64,000 bases of DNA from Candidatus Omnitrophota bacterium (GTDB lineage: Bacteria > Omnitrophota > Gorgyraeia > Gygaellales > Profunditerraquicolaceae): the NCBI GenBank assembly GCA_030650425.1, contig JAUSED010000002.1:2388-66387 (forward strand), given 5' to 3'. Shown in pieces: positions 45,572 to 55,645 of the stretch. Numbering within the stretch: position 1 is the stretch's first letter; the number at the start of each line of letters is the position of its first letter. Below the pieces are notes generated by a model. The model was given only the letters and a program-made list of their open reading frames with translations, did not search any database and was not told the origin of the DNA. Both the position numbers and the translations under genes were made by a program.

Positions 45572-46246
45572 TTAACTCCTTGCCTCTTGTTTCAGAGATT
45601 GAATAACCTTAAGCGGCTCTTTTGCTTCCAATATTGGCCGGCCAATCACTAAAAAATTACTTCCCGCCTTAAGCGCTTCACCTACTGTAGCAGTCCTCTT
45701 CTGATCATTCTTCTTTACTCCTTCAGGCCTGATCCCGGGAGTAATAATCACAAATTTTTTCTTTATCCTGCTCCTTAATAATTCTGCTTCTTGCGCCGAG
45801 CAAACCACTCCGCCTAACCCCGCATCAATTCCGATTTTAGCCAATTTCAGCACAGCTTGCGGACGTGATTTTTGACTGGTTAGAACCGTAACTCCGATTA
45901 ATAAAGGTTTCTTTAGTTTAAGTTTTCTGGCTTCATCCTTGGCAGCTTCTACCGCGGCCTCAAGCATTCCTTTTCCTCCGGAGATATGCAAGGTAAGCAT
46001 TTTTACTTTGTGCCGCGTGGCCGCGCGCACTGCCTGCGCCACAGTATTAGGGATATCCAAAAATTTTAAGTCGAGAAAAACCTCTCCCCCTTTTTGCTGA
46101 ATCATTTGGATGATCTTTGGCCCGCAAACAGTAAAAAGTTGCATACCTACCTTGAAGGTTTTTATTTTAGGATAGAGCCTATCTACAAAATGCTTCGCTT
46201 TCTTAAAACTATGCACATCCAAAGCTAAAATCATCTCTGATTTCAT
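45572..46246 (-). CDS. pyrF: Orotidine-5'-phosphate decarboxylase
   Basis: LALD, DLKFLDIPNTV, VTVLTS, TPGIR, VIGRPI. Confidence 0.96.
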   Translation of the reverse strand: MKSEMILALDVHSFKKAKHFVDRLYPKIKTFKVGMQLFTVCGPKIIQMIQQKGGEVFLDLKFLDIPNTVAQAVRAATRHKVKMLTLHISGGKGMLEAAVEAAKDEARKLKLKKPLLIGVTVLTSQKSRPQAVLKLAKIGIDAGLGGVVCSAQEAELLRSRIKKKFVIITPGIRPEGVKKNDQKRTATVGEALKAGSNFLVIGRPILEAKEPLKVIQSLKQEARS

Positions 46247-47160
46247 ATTTTTACGCTTCCGACAAGCTCATTGACATCGCCGATTTTATTTTCAATTAAA
46301 TACTTTTTTAACCCAGAGATTATTTCCAGGCTAATTTTTGGATTAATAAAATTCGCCGTGCCGATGCTTACGGCGGTGGCTCCGGCAAGAATAAATTCCA
46401 AGGCGCTTGCTGTATCAATTATCCCGCCCATCCCGATTATCGGAATCTTCACTTTATTAAAAACCTCCCAAACCATTTTTACGGCTATTGGCCGGATGGC
46501 CGGTCCGCTTAAACCCGCAATTCCAACGGAAATTTTAGGTTTTCTCTGCTTGATATCTATACTCATTCCGGCTAAGGTATTAATCAAGGAGACCGCGTCA
46601 CTTCCCGCGTCTTCGGCGGATTGGGCAATATCAGCAATAGAAGTAACATTAGGAGAAAGTTTGGTGATCAGCGTTTTATTGGTAATCTTGCGCACTTCTT
46701 GGACGATTTTATAAGTAGCTTCGGGATCCTGCGCGATCAGGCTTGCTTTTTCCCGCACATTCGGACAGGAAATATTCAGTTCGATTGCCGCTACTGCTTC
46801 GATGATATCCAACCGCGCCACTAATTCCAGAAATTCTTCAGGCTCTTCTTCGGAAGCAACGCTCATAATGATCGGAACGCCGAGTTTTTTGAGAAAAGGG
46901 AGCTTTTCTTGGATAAAAACTTCTATCCCCGGATTCTCTAAACCGATAGAATTAAGCATCCCCGCGCTAGTCTCACAAGTACGCGGCGCGGGATTGCCTC
47001 TACGCGGCTTCAAAGTGATAGTTTTAGTAACAATCGCCCCGAGCTTACTTAAATCTATAAAGTCCTTAAACTCCTCGGCATAGCCAAAGGTTCCAGATGA
47101 CACCATCACCGGGTTCTTTAATTTGAGCTTGCCAATTTCTACAGAGAGATTCGTTTTCAT
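46243..47160 (-). CDS. pyrD: Dihydroorotate dehydrogenase 1B, catalytic subunit
   Basis: NSIGLENPG, ELNISCPN, KLSPNVT, GLSGPAIRP. Confidence 0.96.
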   Translation of the reverse strand: MKTNLSVEIGKLKLKNPVMVSSGTFGYAEEFKDFIDLSKLGAIVTKTITLKPRRGNPAPRTCETSAGMLNSIGLENPGIEVFIQEKLPFLKKLGVPIIMSVASEEEPEEFLELVARLDIIEAVAAIELNISCPNVREKASLIAQDPEATYKIVQEVRKITNKTLITKLSPNVTSIADIAQSAEDAGSDAVSLINTLAGMSIDIKQRKPKISVGIAGLSGPAIRPIAVKMVWEVFNKVKIPIIGMGGIIDTASALEFILAGATAVSIGTANFINPKISLEIISGLKKYLIENKIGDVNELVGSVKI

Positions 47161-47162
47161 TT

Positions 47163-47972
47163 TTACCAGACTAAATCCCGGCTATTAAAAACCGGTCCTT
47201 CTTTACAAACCCGCTTAAATCCTGCTTGGGTTTTAACGACGCAGCCTAAACACGCTCCGATACCGCAGCTCATGTGCTCTTCTAAAGATAACTGCGCTGG
47301 GAAGCCGCGTTGATTAGAGATATCTGCGACTGCCTGAAGCATGGGTTTTGGGCCGCAGGCGTAAATAGCAGAAGGCAGAGAACGGAAGTCAGAAGACAGA
47401 TTATGTAGTAAATCGGTAACTTTACCATGAAACCCTTGGCTGCCGTCATCAGTAGCGATTTTTACAATACAACCTAATTTTTTAAAATCATCGGCACAAA
47501 GCAATTGTTTTTTGGTTTTTGCCCCAATCAAAACCGTAATTCTGTTTTCTGCCCTCTGTTTTCTGCCCTCTGTTAATTTCTCCGCGAGAAACATTAAAGG
47601 AGCAACTCCCATTCCACCTGCCACTAACATCTGTTTACTGTTTACTGTTTTCTGTTTTCCGAGAGCGAATCCGCTCCCTAACGGCCCAATGATATCCAGA
47701 TATTCTCCGGTTCTTTTCCGCGCTAAAATTTCCGTGGCCTTACCTACTACCGCGTAAAAAATTTTTATCTTTGCCCTGCTTACTCCATGGATACTAATCG
47801 GCCTTCTTAGAAGCGGTTCGCACAGATCGTTTACCCGAATATCAATAAATTGTCCCGGCAAAGCTATTTTAGCGATTTGAGGGGCGCTGAATTCGCAATG
47901 CCAGTAATTATCCTTGATTCTGACTTGCGCTGATATTTTTAATTTAAGTTGACAGGCTTTCATCTTTTCCAA
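47163..47972 (-). CDS. pyrK: Dihydroorotate dehydrogenase electron transfer subunit
   Basis: LRRPIS, GGMGVAP, CGPKPM, CGIGACLGC..RVCKEGPVF. Confidence 0.95.
   Translation of the reverse strand: MEKMKACQLKLKISAQVRIKDNYWHCEFSAPQIAKIALPGQFIDIRVNDLCEPLLRRPISIHGVSRAKIKIFYAVVGKATEILARKRTGEYLDIIGPLGSGFALGKQKTVNSKQMLVAGGMGVAPLMFLAEKLTEGRKQRAENRITVLIGAKTKKQLLCADDFKKLGCIVKIATDDGSQGFHGKVTDLLHNLSSDFRSLPSAIYACGPKPMLQAVADISNQRGFPAQLSLEEHMSCGIGACLGCVVKTQAGFKRVCKEGPVFNSRDLVW
47368..47657. repeat. Three short heptamer tandem tracts inside pyrK
   Basis: 47368-47400 (xCAGAAG-like), 47541-47574 (TCTGTTT/TCTGCCC), 47630-47657 (WCTGTTT x4). Confidence 0.8.
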
Positions 47973-48556
47973 AGAAAAAACAATAAAATCAGCACCAAAA
48001 GGGCGACTATCGAATTTATCTCTTTCTTAAACCAAGCCGGTTTGATTGGCAGGTATTCCTTAACCCGAATTTTTACAAGACTGGACAACCACGGGATTAT
48101 CCGGGGAACCCGGCGGCAGTAAACTTCATAAGTTCCGGGAAACATACTCCGTAATTTCTTTTCTTCTGTAAATATAAGAGGAAGGTAACGGCTGAGAAAA
48201 ACAAAAAGAAAGAGAAATGCCACCCACCAATTAAAAAGCATGAGCACTACACCTAAGCCGATTAGCAGTATCCCCAGATACATAGGATTACGCACAATTT
48301 GATAAGGCCCGCCCTCGATTAAGGCGTGGCTATTTTTAGAATATTCTGATTTATAGCCTCTGGCGGATACGCGGATAACTTGGCCTAAGAGTAGAGAAAC
48401 TAATCCGATGATCCTTAAAACATTTTCCTGCCAGCCTAGGGCAGCTGCGCGGAAAAATAACCTATGGAAAACTACAACTAGAATAAAAGCCAACGCTATA
48501 ATCATGCCATTAATCTTAACGCGTTTTTTCATTGCTATCTTTGGCACTTGGGACAA
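47960..48556 (-). CDS. Isoprenylcysteine carboxyl methyltransferase-family membrane protein
   Basis: GPYQIVRNPMYLG, EEKKL..YEVYCRRVPR. Confidence 0.88.
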   Translation of the reverse strand: MSQVPKIAMKKRVKINGMIIALAFILVVVFHRLFFRAAALGWQENVLRIIGLVSLLLGQVIRVSARGYKSEYSKNSHALIEGGPYQIVRNPMYLGILLIGLGVVLMLFNWWVAFLFLFVFLSRYLPLIFTEEKKLRSMFPGTYEVYCRRVPRIIPWLSSLVKIRVKEYLPIKPAWFKKEINSIVALLVLILLFFLWKR

Positions 48557-49335
48557 AAATACGTGCCTCTTCCTCCCTGACTAATCCTCTTAATCATCGT
48601 TTTACATACCAGACAAGGCTTACCTTGGCGATCATAGACCTTGTGATACTTGACATACCCGCCTTTACCCCCGGAGACCCGCACATAATCATCAACGGAA
48701 GAACCCGCGTGCAGGATTGCCGCTTTCAAAATATCATTAATCGCCAGAAAGAGCAATTCCTTTTCTTTATTCGTCAGTTCGTTTGCCCGGCGTAAAGGAT
48801 TAATTTTTGCCTGAAATAAAATCTCCGCGGCATAGAGATTTCCAATACCGGAGATAAATGTTTGATCCAATAACAGCGGTTTAATCGCGGTTTTCTTTTT
48901 GCTGAGCATTACTTTAAATTGCGCTAAATCAAGTTCCGCCGGCTCCGGCCCCAGTCTTTGGATAAACTTTAGGGAATGCCAATCATCTAAAAGCCTGAGC
49001 TCCGCAAAGAGCCGTTGATCGTTAAAATCTAAAATCTTACCGCCGGATAAATGAAAGGCTACGCGGCTATTCTTAGCGCCCCCGGGATAAACTAACTGTC
49101 CGGTCATTTTAAGATGTATAGTTAAAGATTTTCCATTAGATAGCTCTAAAATTAAGAGCTTGGCCCGGCGTAAAATATTTTTGATCCTCGCGCCCTGAAG
49201 GCCTCTTTTAAAGCCCGCCACCGCTGGTTCACGGATGACTTTAGGATTATGCACGCAAACTTCGGTAATCTTTTTACCTAAGACTGCTTTCTCTAGATCG
49301 CGTTTGATGGTTTCGACTTCCGGAAGTTCCGGCAT
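48535..49335 (-). CDS. mutM: Formamidopyrimidine-DNA glycosylase
   Basis: MPELPEVE, GIGNLYA, C-terminal Zn finger CPKCQ. Confidence 0.97.
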   Translation of the reverse strand: MPELPEVETIKRDLEKAVLGKKITEVCVHNPKVIREPAVAGFKRGLQGARIKNILRRAKLLILELSNGKSLTIHLKMTGQLVYPGGAKNSRVAFHLSGGKILDFNDQRLFAELRLLDDWHSLKFIQRLGPEPAELDLAQFKVMLSKKKTAIKPLLLDQTFISGIGNLYAAEILFQAKINPLRRANELTNKEKELLFLAINDILKAAILHAGSSVDDYVRVSGGKGGYVKYHKVYDRQGKPCLVCKTMIKRISQGGRGTYFCPKCQR

Positions 49336-49337
49336 AA

Positions 49338-50915
49338 TTACCTTTTATGATATTCCTGCAAAGACTTAACTGATAACTTATGTTTTGTCAAGGATTCAAG
49401 CCCATTCACTGTCGCCTCGGCGCCTGAAATAGTTGTGGTGTAAGGGATATTGTATAAAATTACATGCGAGCGTATCTTCACCTCATCCTGACGGGGTATT
49501 CTTCCGGAAGGGGTATTAATGACCATCTGGATTTTCCCGCTCTTCATTAAGTCCAGAATATTGGGCGTGCCTTCGGCAATCTTAGGTAAAACTTTAACTT
49601 TAATTTTACCTTGCGCCAAGACCGCCGCTGTACCGGAAGTCGCGTAAATATGAAAACCTAACTTTTCCAATTTCTTAGCTATGGAGAGGATATTTTTCTT
49701 GTCGTTATCGCGTACCGAAATAAAAACGTTCCCTTTGGCCGGAAGTTTTTGCCCGGCAGCCAATTGGCTTTTGATGTAAGCCAAACCAAAATCCTTGTCA
49801 ATACCCATCACCTCGCCGGTAGATTTCATCTCCGGCCCCAGAATTACATCTACACCGGAAAAACGGTTAAAGGGAAGAACCGATTCTTTGACCGATATAT
49901 GTTTAGGGATTATTTCCCGAGTCAGGCCGAGGTTCTTTAATTTCTTACCCAACATGACCTTAGTCGCAAACTTGGCTAGCGGCACTCCTATAGCCTTAGA
50001 AACAAAAGGTACGGTCCGCGACGCCCGAGGGTTAACTTCCAAAACATAAACCTTATCCTCTTGTATAGCATACTGCACATTCATCAGGCCGACGATATGC
50101 AACTCTTTGGCCATCTTATAGCTAGCTTCCCTTACCTTATCTAATAAATCTTTAGAGAGGCTATAGGCAGGGATGGACATAGCTGAGTCGCCGGAATGGA
50201 TCCCTGCCTCTTCGATATGCTCCATAATCCCGCCGATAACAAAATCTTTTCCGTCGCCGATAAGGTCGACATCTACTTCGGTCGCGTCCTCCAAAAACTT
50301 ATCGATTAAGACCGGATGCTCACCGGATACTTCCGCTGCTTCTTTAATAAATTTCTCTAAAACTTTCTCTTCATAGACAATTTCCATCGCCCTGCCGCCT
50401 AAAACATAAGAAGGCCTGACTAAAACCGGATAACCTATCCTTCGGGCTACCTCTTCGGCTTCTTTGAAATTAAAGGCTGTGCCATTCTCCGGTTGTAAAA
50501 GATTTAATTTATGGAGCATCTGCTTAAAACGTTTTCTGTCCTCGGCAATATCAATACTATCCGCCGAAGTCCCTAAAAGATTTACTCCGGCTTTCAATAA
50601 AGGAACGGCCAAGTTAAGAGGCGTCTGGCCGCCGAATTGCACGATTACACCGAATGGCTTTTCCAGTTCAATAATGTTCATAATATCTTCGAAGGTAAGC
50701 GGCTCAAAATAAAGCCTGTCAGAGGTATCGTAATCCGTAGAAACTGTTTCAGGATTGCAATTGACCATGATGCTCTCAATTCTTTCTTCCTTTAAGGCGT
50801 AGGAGGCATGACAACAGCAATAATCAAATTCAATCCCCTGCCCAATGCGATTCGGGCCTCCGCCTAAAATAATCACTTTCTTATTTTTACTAGGTTTTAC
50901 TTCATTAATTTCCAT
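49338..50915 (-). CDS. carB: Carbamoyl-phosphate synthase large subunit, C-terminal half only
   Basis: [31 protein letters not shown] domain; 525 aa. Confidence 0.9.
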   Translation of the reverse strand: MEINEVKPSKNKKVIILGGGPNRIGQGIEFDYCCCHASYALKEERIESIMVNCNPETVSTDYDTSDRLYFEPLTFEDIMNIIELEKPFGVIVQFGGQTPLNLAVPLLKAGVNLLGTSADSIDIAEDRKRFKQMLHKLNLLQPENGTAFNFKEAEEVARRIGYPVLVRPSYVLGGRAMEIVYEEKVLEKFIKEAAEVSGEHPVLIDKFLEDATEVDVDLIGDGKDFVIGGIMEHIEEAGIHSGDSAMSIPAYSLSKDLLDKVREASYKMAKELHIVGLMNVQYAIQEDKVYVLEVNPRASRTVPFVSKAIGVPLAKFATKVMLGKKLKNLGLTREIIPKHISVKESVLPFNRFSGVDVILGPEMKSTGEVMGIDKDFGLAYIKSQLAAGQKLPAKGNVFISVRDNDKKNILSIAKKLEKLGFHIYATSGTAAVLAQGKIKVKVLPKIAEGTPNILDLMKSGKIQMVINTPSGRIPRQDEVKIRSHVILYNIPYTTTISGAEATVNGLESLTKHKLSVKSLQEYHKR

Positions 50916-50925
50916 TCTTTACTCC

Positions 50926-51393
50926 CTATCGATCATTAGCACAAGCTTTTAATAATTCTTTCACCTTCGCCACCACTTCTTCAACCGTATTTAACTTGAT
51001 CACCCCGGGAATATCCCAAGAACCAAGAGTGATCACCGGAATCCCAAACTGAATGCAATAGGCGATTTCCGAAAGTGTACCCGCTCTCCCGGGCAAGGCA
51101 ACCACCACATCCGCAGACTTAACTACCAAGACGTTTCTGGCTAAACCCATTCCAGTAGGTATAGCGATATCCACAAATTTATTAGCATCGGTTTTGTTGT
51201 AACTCGGGATAATACCTATAGTTAGGCCACCTTCAGCCTGAAAACCAGAACAAACCGCCTCCATTACTCCACAAAGCCCACCTGAAACGAGTATATCAGC
51301 CACTTTAGCGAGTTTTCTGCCCAAATTTTTAGCAACCTGCTCCACTTCTGGCGTACAGGTTCGGCCACCGATTACACTAACGATTTTTTTCAT
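50926..51393 (-). CDS. TIGR00725 / LOG-family protein
   Basis: GG..GVMEAV, TGMGLARN, GTLSEIAY. Confidence 0.88.
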   Translation of the reverse strand: MKKIVSVIGGRTCTPEVEQVAKNLGRKLAKVADILVSGGLCGVMEAVCSGFQAEGGLTIGIIPSYNKTDANKFVDIAIPTGMGLARNVLVVKSADVVVALPGRAGTLSEIAYCIQFGIPVITLGSWDIPGVIKLNTVEEVVAKVKELLKACANDR

Positions 51394-51399
51394 TTACGC

Positions 51400-51458
51400 T
51401 ATCCCACTTTCCCGATTAGCTCGGAAACAGTTTCCGCTTTGAGATGGAAACAGTTTCC
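51400..51458. repeat. 23-bp-period palindrome array 6, next to the tRNA-Arg 3' end
   Basis: Terminal variant at 51400; units at 51423 and 51446; spacers CGATTAGCTC, GCTTTGAGAT. Confidence 0.93.
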
Positions 51459-51466
51459 AAGGTTTT

Positions 51467-51541
51467 TGGTGCGCCTGGCGGGAATTGAACCTGCACATCC
51501 AGCTCCGGAGGCTGGCGCCCTATCCATTGGGCCACAGGCGC
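51467..51541 (-). tRNA. tRNA-Arg(CCG)
   Basis: Anticodon arm CCAGC-CTCCGGA-GCTGG; encoded CCA. Confidence 0.94.
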
Positions 51542-51542
51542 A

Positions 51543-52781
51543 TTAAAACAAACTTAATTGTTGCTCGTTCTTTTCTCCGGATCCTTCATTGCCAAAGATG
51601 GAGATAATTCCATACTCACCATCATATCCGGCCTTAATCGCTACTTTTCCTTCGCGTACCCTTAAAACCCCTTCGGCGACTTTAGGAGGCAGGCCTTTAA
51701 TCAGATCCTGCTTTGGCGCGCGCAGTAAAATTTCAAACTCTGTACCGAATTTACTCAAACAGCTGCGGTAATCTCTTTCTACCGCTACGCTGGTTTTACC
51801 TACGCCTTTGGCATCAGCGATGATTTCATCTAAGGGTATTAAATTTTTGAAAGGTATGGAGTTCTCCGGCTTAAAGCCTTCGGCTCGATCGGCCAATTTT
51901 TCTACACGGTTTACCACGCCCACTGTAACTGGTTTGCCGCATTTCGAACATTTACCGTTATGCTCCCGGGTCTCTTTGGGCGACCAGCGGATGCCGCAAA
52001 GACGATGGCCATCAAAGTGGTACTTACCCTCTTCAGGGAAAAACTCTACTGTATATAAAAACCGTTTTTTATCTTTGGTTTTAAGGACCTCTCTTATGGT
52101 TTTATAGTCCAGCTCGCAATCAAATACATTTGCTTCGCGGCCAAGTTTCTGCGGGCTGTGGCTGTCAGAATTACTGATCAGCGTAAATTTATCCAACGCG
52201 CTCAGCCGCCAATTCATTGCCGGATCGCTAGACAAACCGGTTTCCAGCGCAAATATCTTCGGCGTCTGCTCTTCAAAACAATCCTCGATTCTATCAAACC
52301 CGGACATTGAACCAAATAAGCTAAACCATGGAGTCCAAATATGACCGGGGACAATCATACAATTTTCATCAATATCAAAGATAATGCGCGCTAATTCCGC
52401 CACATCCAATCCTAAAATCGGCCTGCCGTCGCTGGCCAAGTTTCCTAACCTGCCTAATTTTTCATTAATTTTATCCACACTCTTAAAAGAGGGGGCAATA
52501 ATCACAGTGTGCACGCGGTAAGTTTTGCCTTTTTTAGAATAAATACTGCTTACCTCGGCAGTGAGGACAAAATATATGCCATTATAATTATATAACCCAT
52601 TTCCGCAATCTTCTAAAGTAGATTTAAGCTCTTCCAGCCATAAATGATGGGTAAAATCCCCGGTGCCGATAAGGGTTATGCCTTTTAATTTTGCCCACTC
52701 GCTTAGATTCTTGACGTCCATATTCCGGCTGGTCGCCCGAGAATACTTTGAATGAATATGAAAATCCGCTATAAATTCCAT
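51543..52781 (-). CDS. Endonuclease Q-family PHP-domain protein
   Basis: DFHIHSKYSRATS, GTGDFTH, ETGLSSDP, SNSDSHS, GKYH, GYDGEYG. Confidence 0.88.
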   Translation of the reverse strand: MEFIADFHIHSKYSRATSRNMDVKNLSEWAKLKGITLIGTGDFTHHLWLEELKSTLEDCGNGLYNYNGIYFVLTAEVSSIYSKKGKTYRVHTVIIAPSFKSVDKINEKLGRLGNLASDGRPILGLDVAELARIIFDIDENCMIVPGHIWTPWFSLFGSMSGFDRIEDCFEEQTPKIFALETGLSSDPAMNWRLSALDKFTLISNSDSHSPQKLGREANVFDCELDYKTIREVLKTKDKKRFLYTVEFFPEEGKYHFDGHRLCGIRWSPKETREHNGKCSKCGKPVTVGVVNRVEKLADRAEGFKPENSIPFKNLIPLDEIIADAKGVGKTSVAVERDYRSCLSKFGTEFEILLRAPKQDLIKGLPPKVAEGVLRVREGKVAIKAGYDGEYGIISIFGNEGSGEKNEQQLSLF

Positions 52782-54046
52782 TTATGAGCCTTTCCTTGGC
52801 AAAGAGTGTACTCCACAAAGCCCTTTAACCTGCGGCCGATAAACGGTGAATTTTTGGATTTGGATAATAAATTTTCTTTTTTTACTACCCATTCCTTAAC
52901 CGGATCCACCACGATAATATCCGCATCCGCTCCTACGCTTAAGGTTCCTTTGTTAATACTTAAAATCCGACTGGGATTAAGCGACATCTTGGTAACTAAT
53001 TTTCCCCAATCTAATAAATGATTTTCAATCAGCTCGTTGATCGCTGCGGCCAGCTCTGTTTCTAAACCAATTACTCCAAACTCCGCCCTTTCAAACTCAA
53101 TATCCTTTTCATTCTCGGTATGCGGGGCATGATCCGAGGCAATTACGTCTATTGTTCCGTCGGATAAACCTTGACGGATAGCCAACATATCTTCCCTCGC
53201 GCGTAGCGGCGGGTTCATCTTAAAATTAGCATCATAACCTAACACCGCCTCTTCAGCGAAACTAAAATAATGTGGAGCAGTTTCGCAGGTAACCTTGATC
53301 CCTTTTTTCTTAGCCTTGGCAATCATCTCTACCGATTCCTTACAGCTCAGATGAGCAATATGAATACTGGCGCCGGCTTTCTCTGCCAGTTCAATATCGC
53401 GCTCGATTCTTTTATATTCGGATGCGACGGATACTCCACGCAGCCCCAAGCGCGTCGAGGTAAAACCTAAATTTACCTGCCCGCAGCAGGAAAGTTTCTT
53501 ATCTTCGGAGTGAACAATCACCAAAAGGCCTTCTCTTTTGGCTAGCCTTAGCGCCTCTAACATCAGCGTATCGTTCTCTACCGACGCGCCATCGTCAGAA
53601 ATAGCGATTGCCCCGGATTTCTTCAGGCCGGGGATATCGCTTAAGACTTCTCCGGCTCGCTCCTTGGTAATCGCGGCACAAATGAAGACATTGGCCTGCG
53701 CGCTTTTTTGAATCGCTTCTTTCAGCATCTTAATATGCGCGGCAGAATCTATTGCCGGCTCGGTATTCGGCATAGCTAAAACGCTAGTTACTCCGCCAGC
53801 TAGGGCGGCTTTGGTGCCGCTCTCGATTGTTTCTTTGTCTTCCCTACCCGGTTCCCTTAAATGTACATGCATATCGACGATACCCGGCATAACCAGCTTA
53901 TCCCCTGCCTCAATTATTTTATCCGCATCCGCCTTAATATTCTTAGCTACTTTAGCTATCTTACTATCTTCTATCAGCATATCCATTACCGCGTCAATAT
54001 TATTCGCCGGGTCAATTACCCTGCCGGACCTAATCAGTATTTTCAT
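52769..54046 (-). CDS. pyrC: Dihydroorotase
   Basis: DMHVHLREPG, MPNT, KMNPPLR, SDHAPH. Confidence 0.96.
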   Translation of the reverse strand: MKILIRSGRVIDPANNIDAVMDMLIEDSKIAKVAKNIKADADKIIEAGDKLVMPGIVDMHVHLREPGREDKETIESGTKAALAGGVTSVLAMPNTEPAIDSAAHIKMLKEAIQKSAQANVFICAAITKERAGEVLSDIPGLKKSGAIAISDDGASVENDTLMLEALRLAKREGLLVIVHSEDKKLSCCGQVNLGFTSTRLGLRGVSVASEYKRIERDIELAEKAGASIHIAHLSCKESVEMIAKAKKKGIKVTCETAPHYFSFAEEAVLGYDANFKMNPPLRAREDMLAIRQGLSDGTIDVIASDHAPHTENEKDIEFERAEFGVIGLETELAAAINELIENHLLDWGKLVTKMSLNPSRILSINKGTLSVGADADIIVVDPVKEWVVKKENLLSKSKNSPFIGRRLKGFVEYTLCQGKAHKWNL

Positions 54047-54977
54047 TTTTTATCTTTTCATTGGCTTGGGCTACCAAAAACAAGACTGCCATTCTTACGG
54101 CGATCCCGTTAGTAACCTGCTCCAATATAACCGAATTCTCTCCATCTGCCACTCCGCTAGACATTTCAATTCCGCGGTTAACCGGGCCGGGATGCATAAC
54201 AATAATATCTTTTTTGGCTTGCTTAAGCCTCTCTTTGGTAATCCCGAATTCCTTAAAATATTCCAGCTGCTTCGGAAAAGCAGTTTCGCCATCGCGTTCA
54301 AACTGCATCCTTAACACATTCACTGCATCCGCGTTCTTCAGGGCTTCATCTATATCATTGGTTAGATTAACACCCATCTTCTCTATCCCCGGCGGGATAA
54401 GCATTTTCGGCGCGCAAACAGTTAGCTTCGCGCCTAATTTAGTTAAACCCCAAATATTGGAGCGGGCCACGCGCGAATGCGCGATATCTCCAACTATGCT
54501 CACCTGCAAACCTTCAATCTTACCCAGCTTTTCTTTGAGGGTAAAAATATCCAAGAGCGCCTGAGTAGGATGTTCATGCCAGCCGTCTCCGGCATTGACC
54601 ACACTCACATTAACGTGACGGGCAAGCATAATTGCCGCGCCGCTAAAATTATGACGGATGACAATAATATCGGCTTTTAAGGCTTCGATATTCCTGCCGG
54701 TGTCAATCAGGGTTTCGCCTTTTTTTACGCTGGATGTCTCTGTGGCAATATTAATCACATCGGCGGATAATCTCTTAGCGGCCACCTCAAAAGACACGCG
54801 GGTGCGTGTGGAAGGTTCATAAAATAGATTCACCACGGTCTTTCCGCGCAGCGCCGGAACTTTTTTAATTTCGCGGGTAGAAACTTCTTTAAAAGATTCG
54901 GCGGTGGACAGAATTAGCTCTAATTCCTCTTTACTTAGTTCTTCCAATCCCAGAAGGTCCTTACGCACCCAGTTCAT
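54030..54977 (-). CDS. pyrB: Aspartate carbamoyltransferase
   Basis: FYEPSTRTRVSF, HPTQALLD, MHPGP. Confidence 0.97.
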   Translation of the reverse strand: MNWVRKDLLGLEELSKEELELILSTAESFKEVSTREIKKVPALRGKTVVNLFYEPSTRTRVSFEVAAKRLSADVINIATETSSVKKGETLIDTGRNIEALKADIIVIRHNFSGAAIMLARHVNVSVVNAGDGWHEHPTQALLDIFTLKEKLGKIEGLQVSIVGDIAHSRVARSNIWGLTKLGAKLTVCAPKMLIPPGIEKMGVNLTNDIDEALKNADAVNVLRMQFERDGETAFPKQLEYFKEFGITKERLKQAKKDIIVMHPGPVNRGIEMSSGVADGENSVILEQVTNGIAVRMAVLFLVAQANEKIKNENTD

Positions 54978-54978
54978 T

Positions 54979-55518
54979 TTAATTTTTCTCGATAATCACC
55001 ACTTCATCCACGCCTTCAGTCTCCTGTAAGCGCACTTCTACCGCCTCATCTTGAGAAGTGGGGATATTTTTACCGGCGTAATCCGCCCGGATCGGTAACT
55101 CGCGGTGGCCGCGGTCAATCAAAACCGCCAGCTGTATTGATTTTGGCCGGCCAAAATCGATTAGCGCATCTAATGCGGCCCTAATCGTCCTGCCGGTATA
55201 AAGCACGTCATCAACTAAGACTAAATTTTTGTCATTAATATCAAAATCTATCTCGGTTTTACGCACCACGGGTACGCCTGAAGCCAGGGCTAAATCATCC
55301 CTGTATAAAGTTATATCCAAAGCACCGGTAACAACTTCTGTGCCTTCGATATTCTTAATGCAGCTGGCTAACCGCTGAGCCAGATAAACCCCCCGGTTCC
55401 TTATGCCGACTAGACATAATCCTTGCGTGCCTTTATTTTTTTCCACTATCTCGTGGGCAATGCGGGTTATTGCTCTGGCAATTCCATCTTTGTCTAATAT
55501 TTTGGCTTTTTCTTTCAT
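54979..55518 (-). CDS. pyrR: Pyrimidine operon attenuation protein / UPRTase
   Basis: [35 protein letters not shown]. Confidence 0.97.
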   Translation of the reverse strand: MKEKAKILDKDGIARAITRIAHEIVEKNKGTQGLCLVGIRNRGVYLAQRLASCIKNIEGTEVVTGALDITLYRDDLALASGVPVVRKTEIDFDINDKNLVLVDDVLYTGRTIRAALDALIDFGRPKSIQLAVLIDRGHRELPIRADYAGKNIPTSQDEAVEVRLQETEGVDEVVIIEKN

Positions 55519-55530
55519 TGGTTAGCGGCT

Positions 55531-55631
55531 AAAAAAATACCCCTGGCTTTTTTGCCAAGGGTTCATATTTTCTGATACGCTCTTTTTCATTTTTATTACC
55601 TTGCCAGCTTCTCAAGAGCCGGCTTAAAGGT
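55531..55631 (-). promoter_or_regulatory. PyrR-binding RNA leader with terminator
   Basis: ACCTTTAAGCCGGCTCTTGAGAAGCTGGCAAGGT (55631-55598) resembles the PyrR binding loop; hairpin CCCTTGGC-A6-GCCAGGGG plus T-tract at 55561-55531. Confidence 0.8.
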
Positions 55632-55645
55632 CCTTATTGTCTTTA

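Noticed and set aside
50738-50752. GAAACTGTTTC in carB, and a similar partial match near 22485
   Set aside because: The carB match encodes the conserved NPETVSTD motif. Both are isolated and lack the GG/CC ends and a spacer, so they are coincidental.
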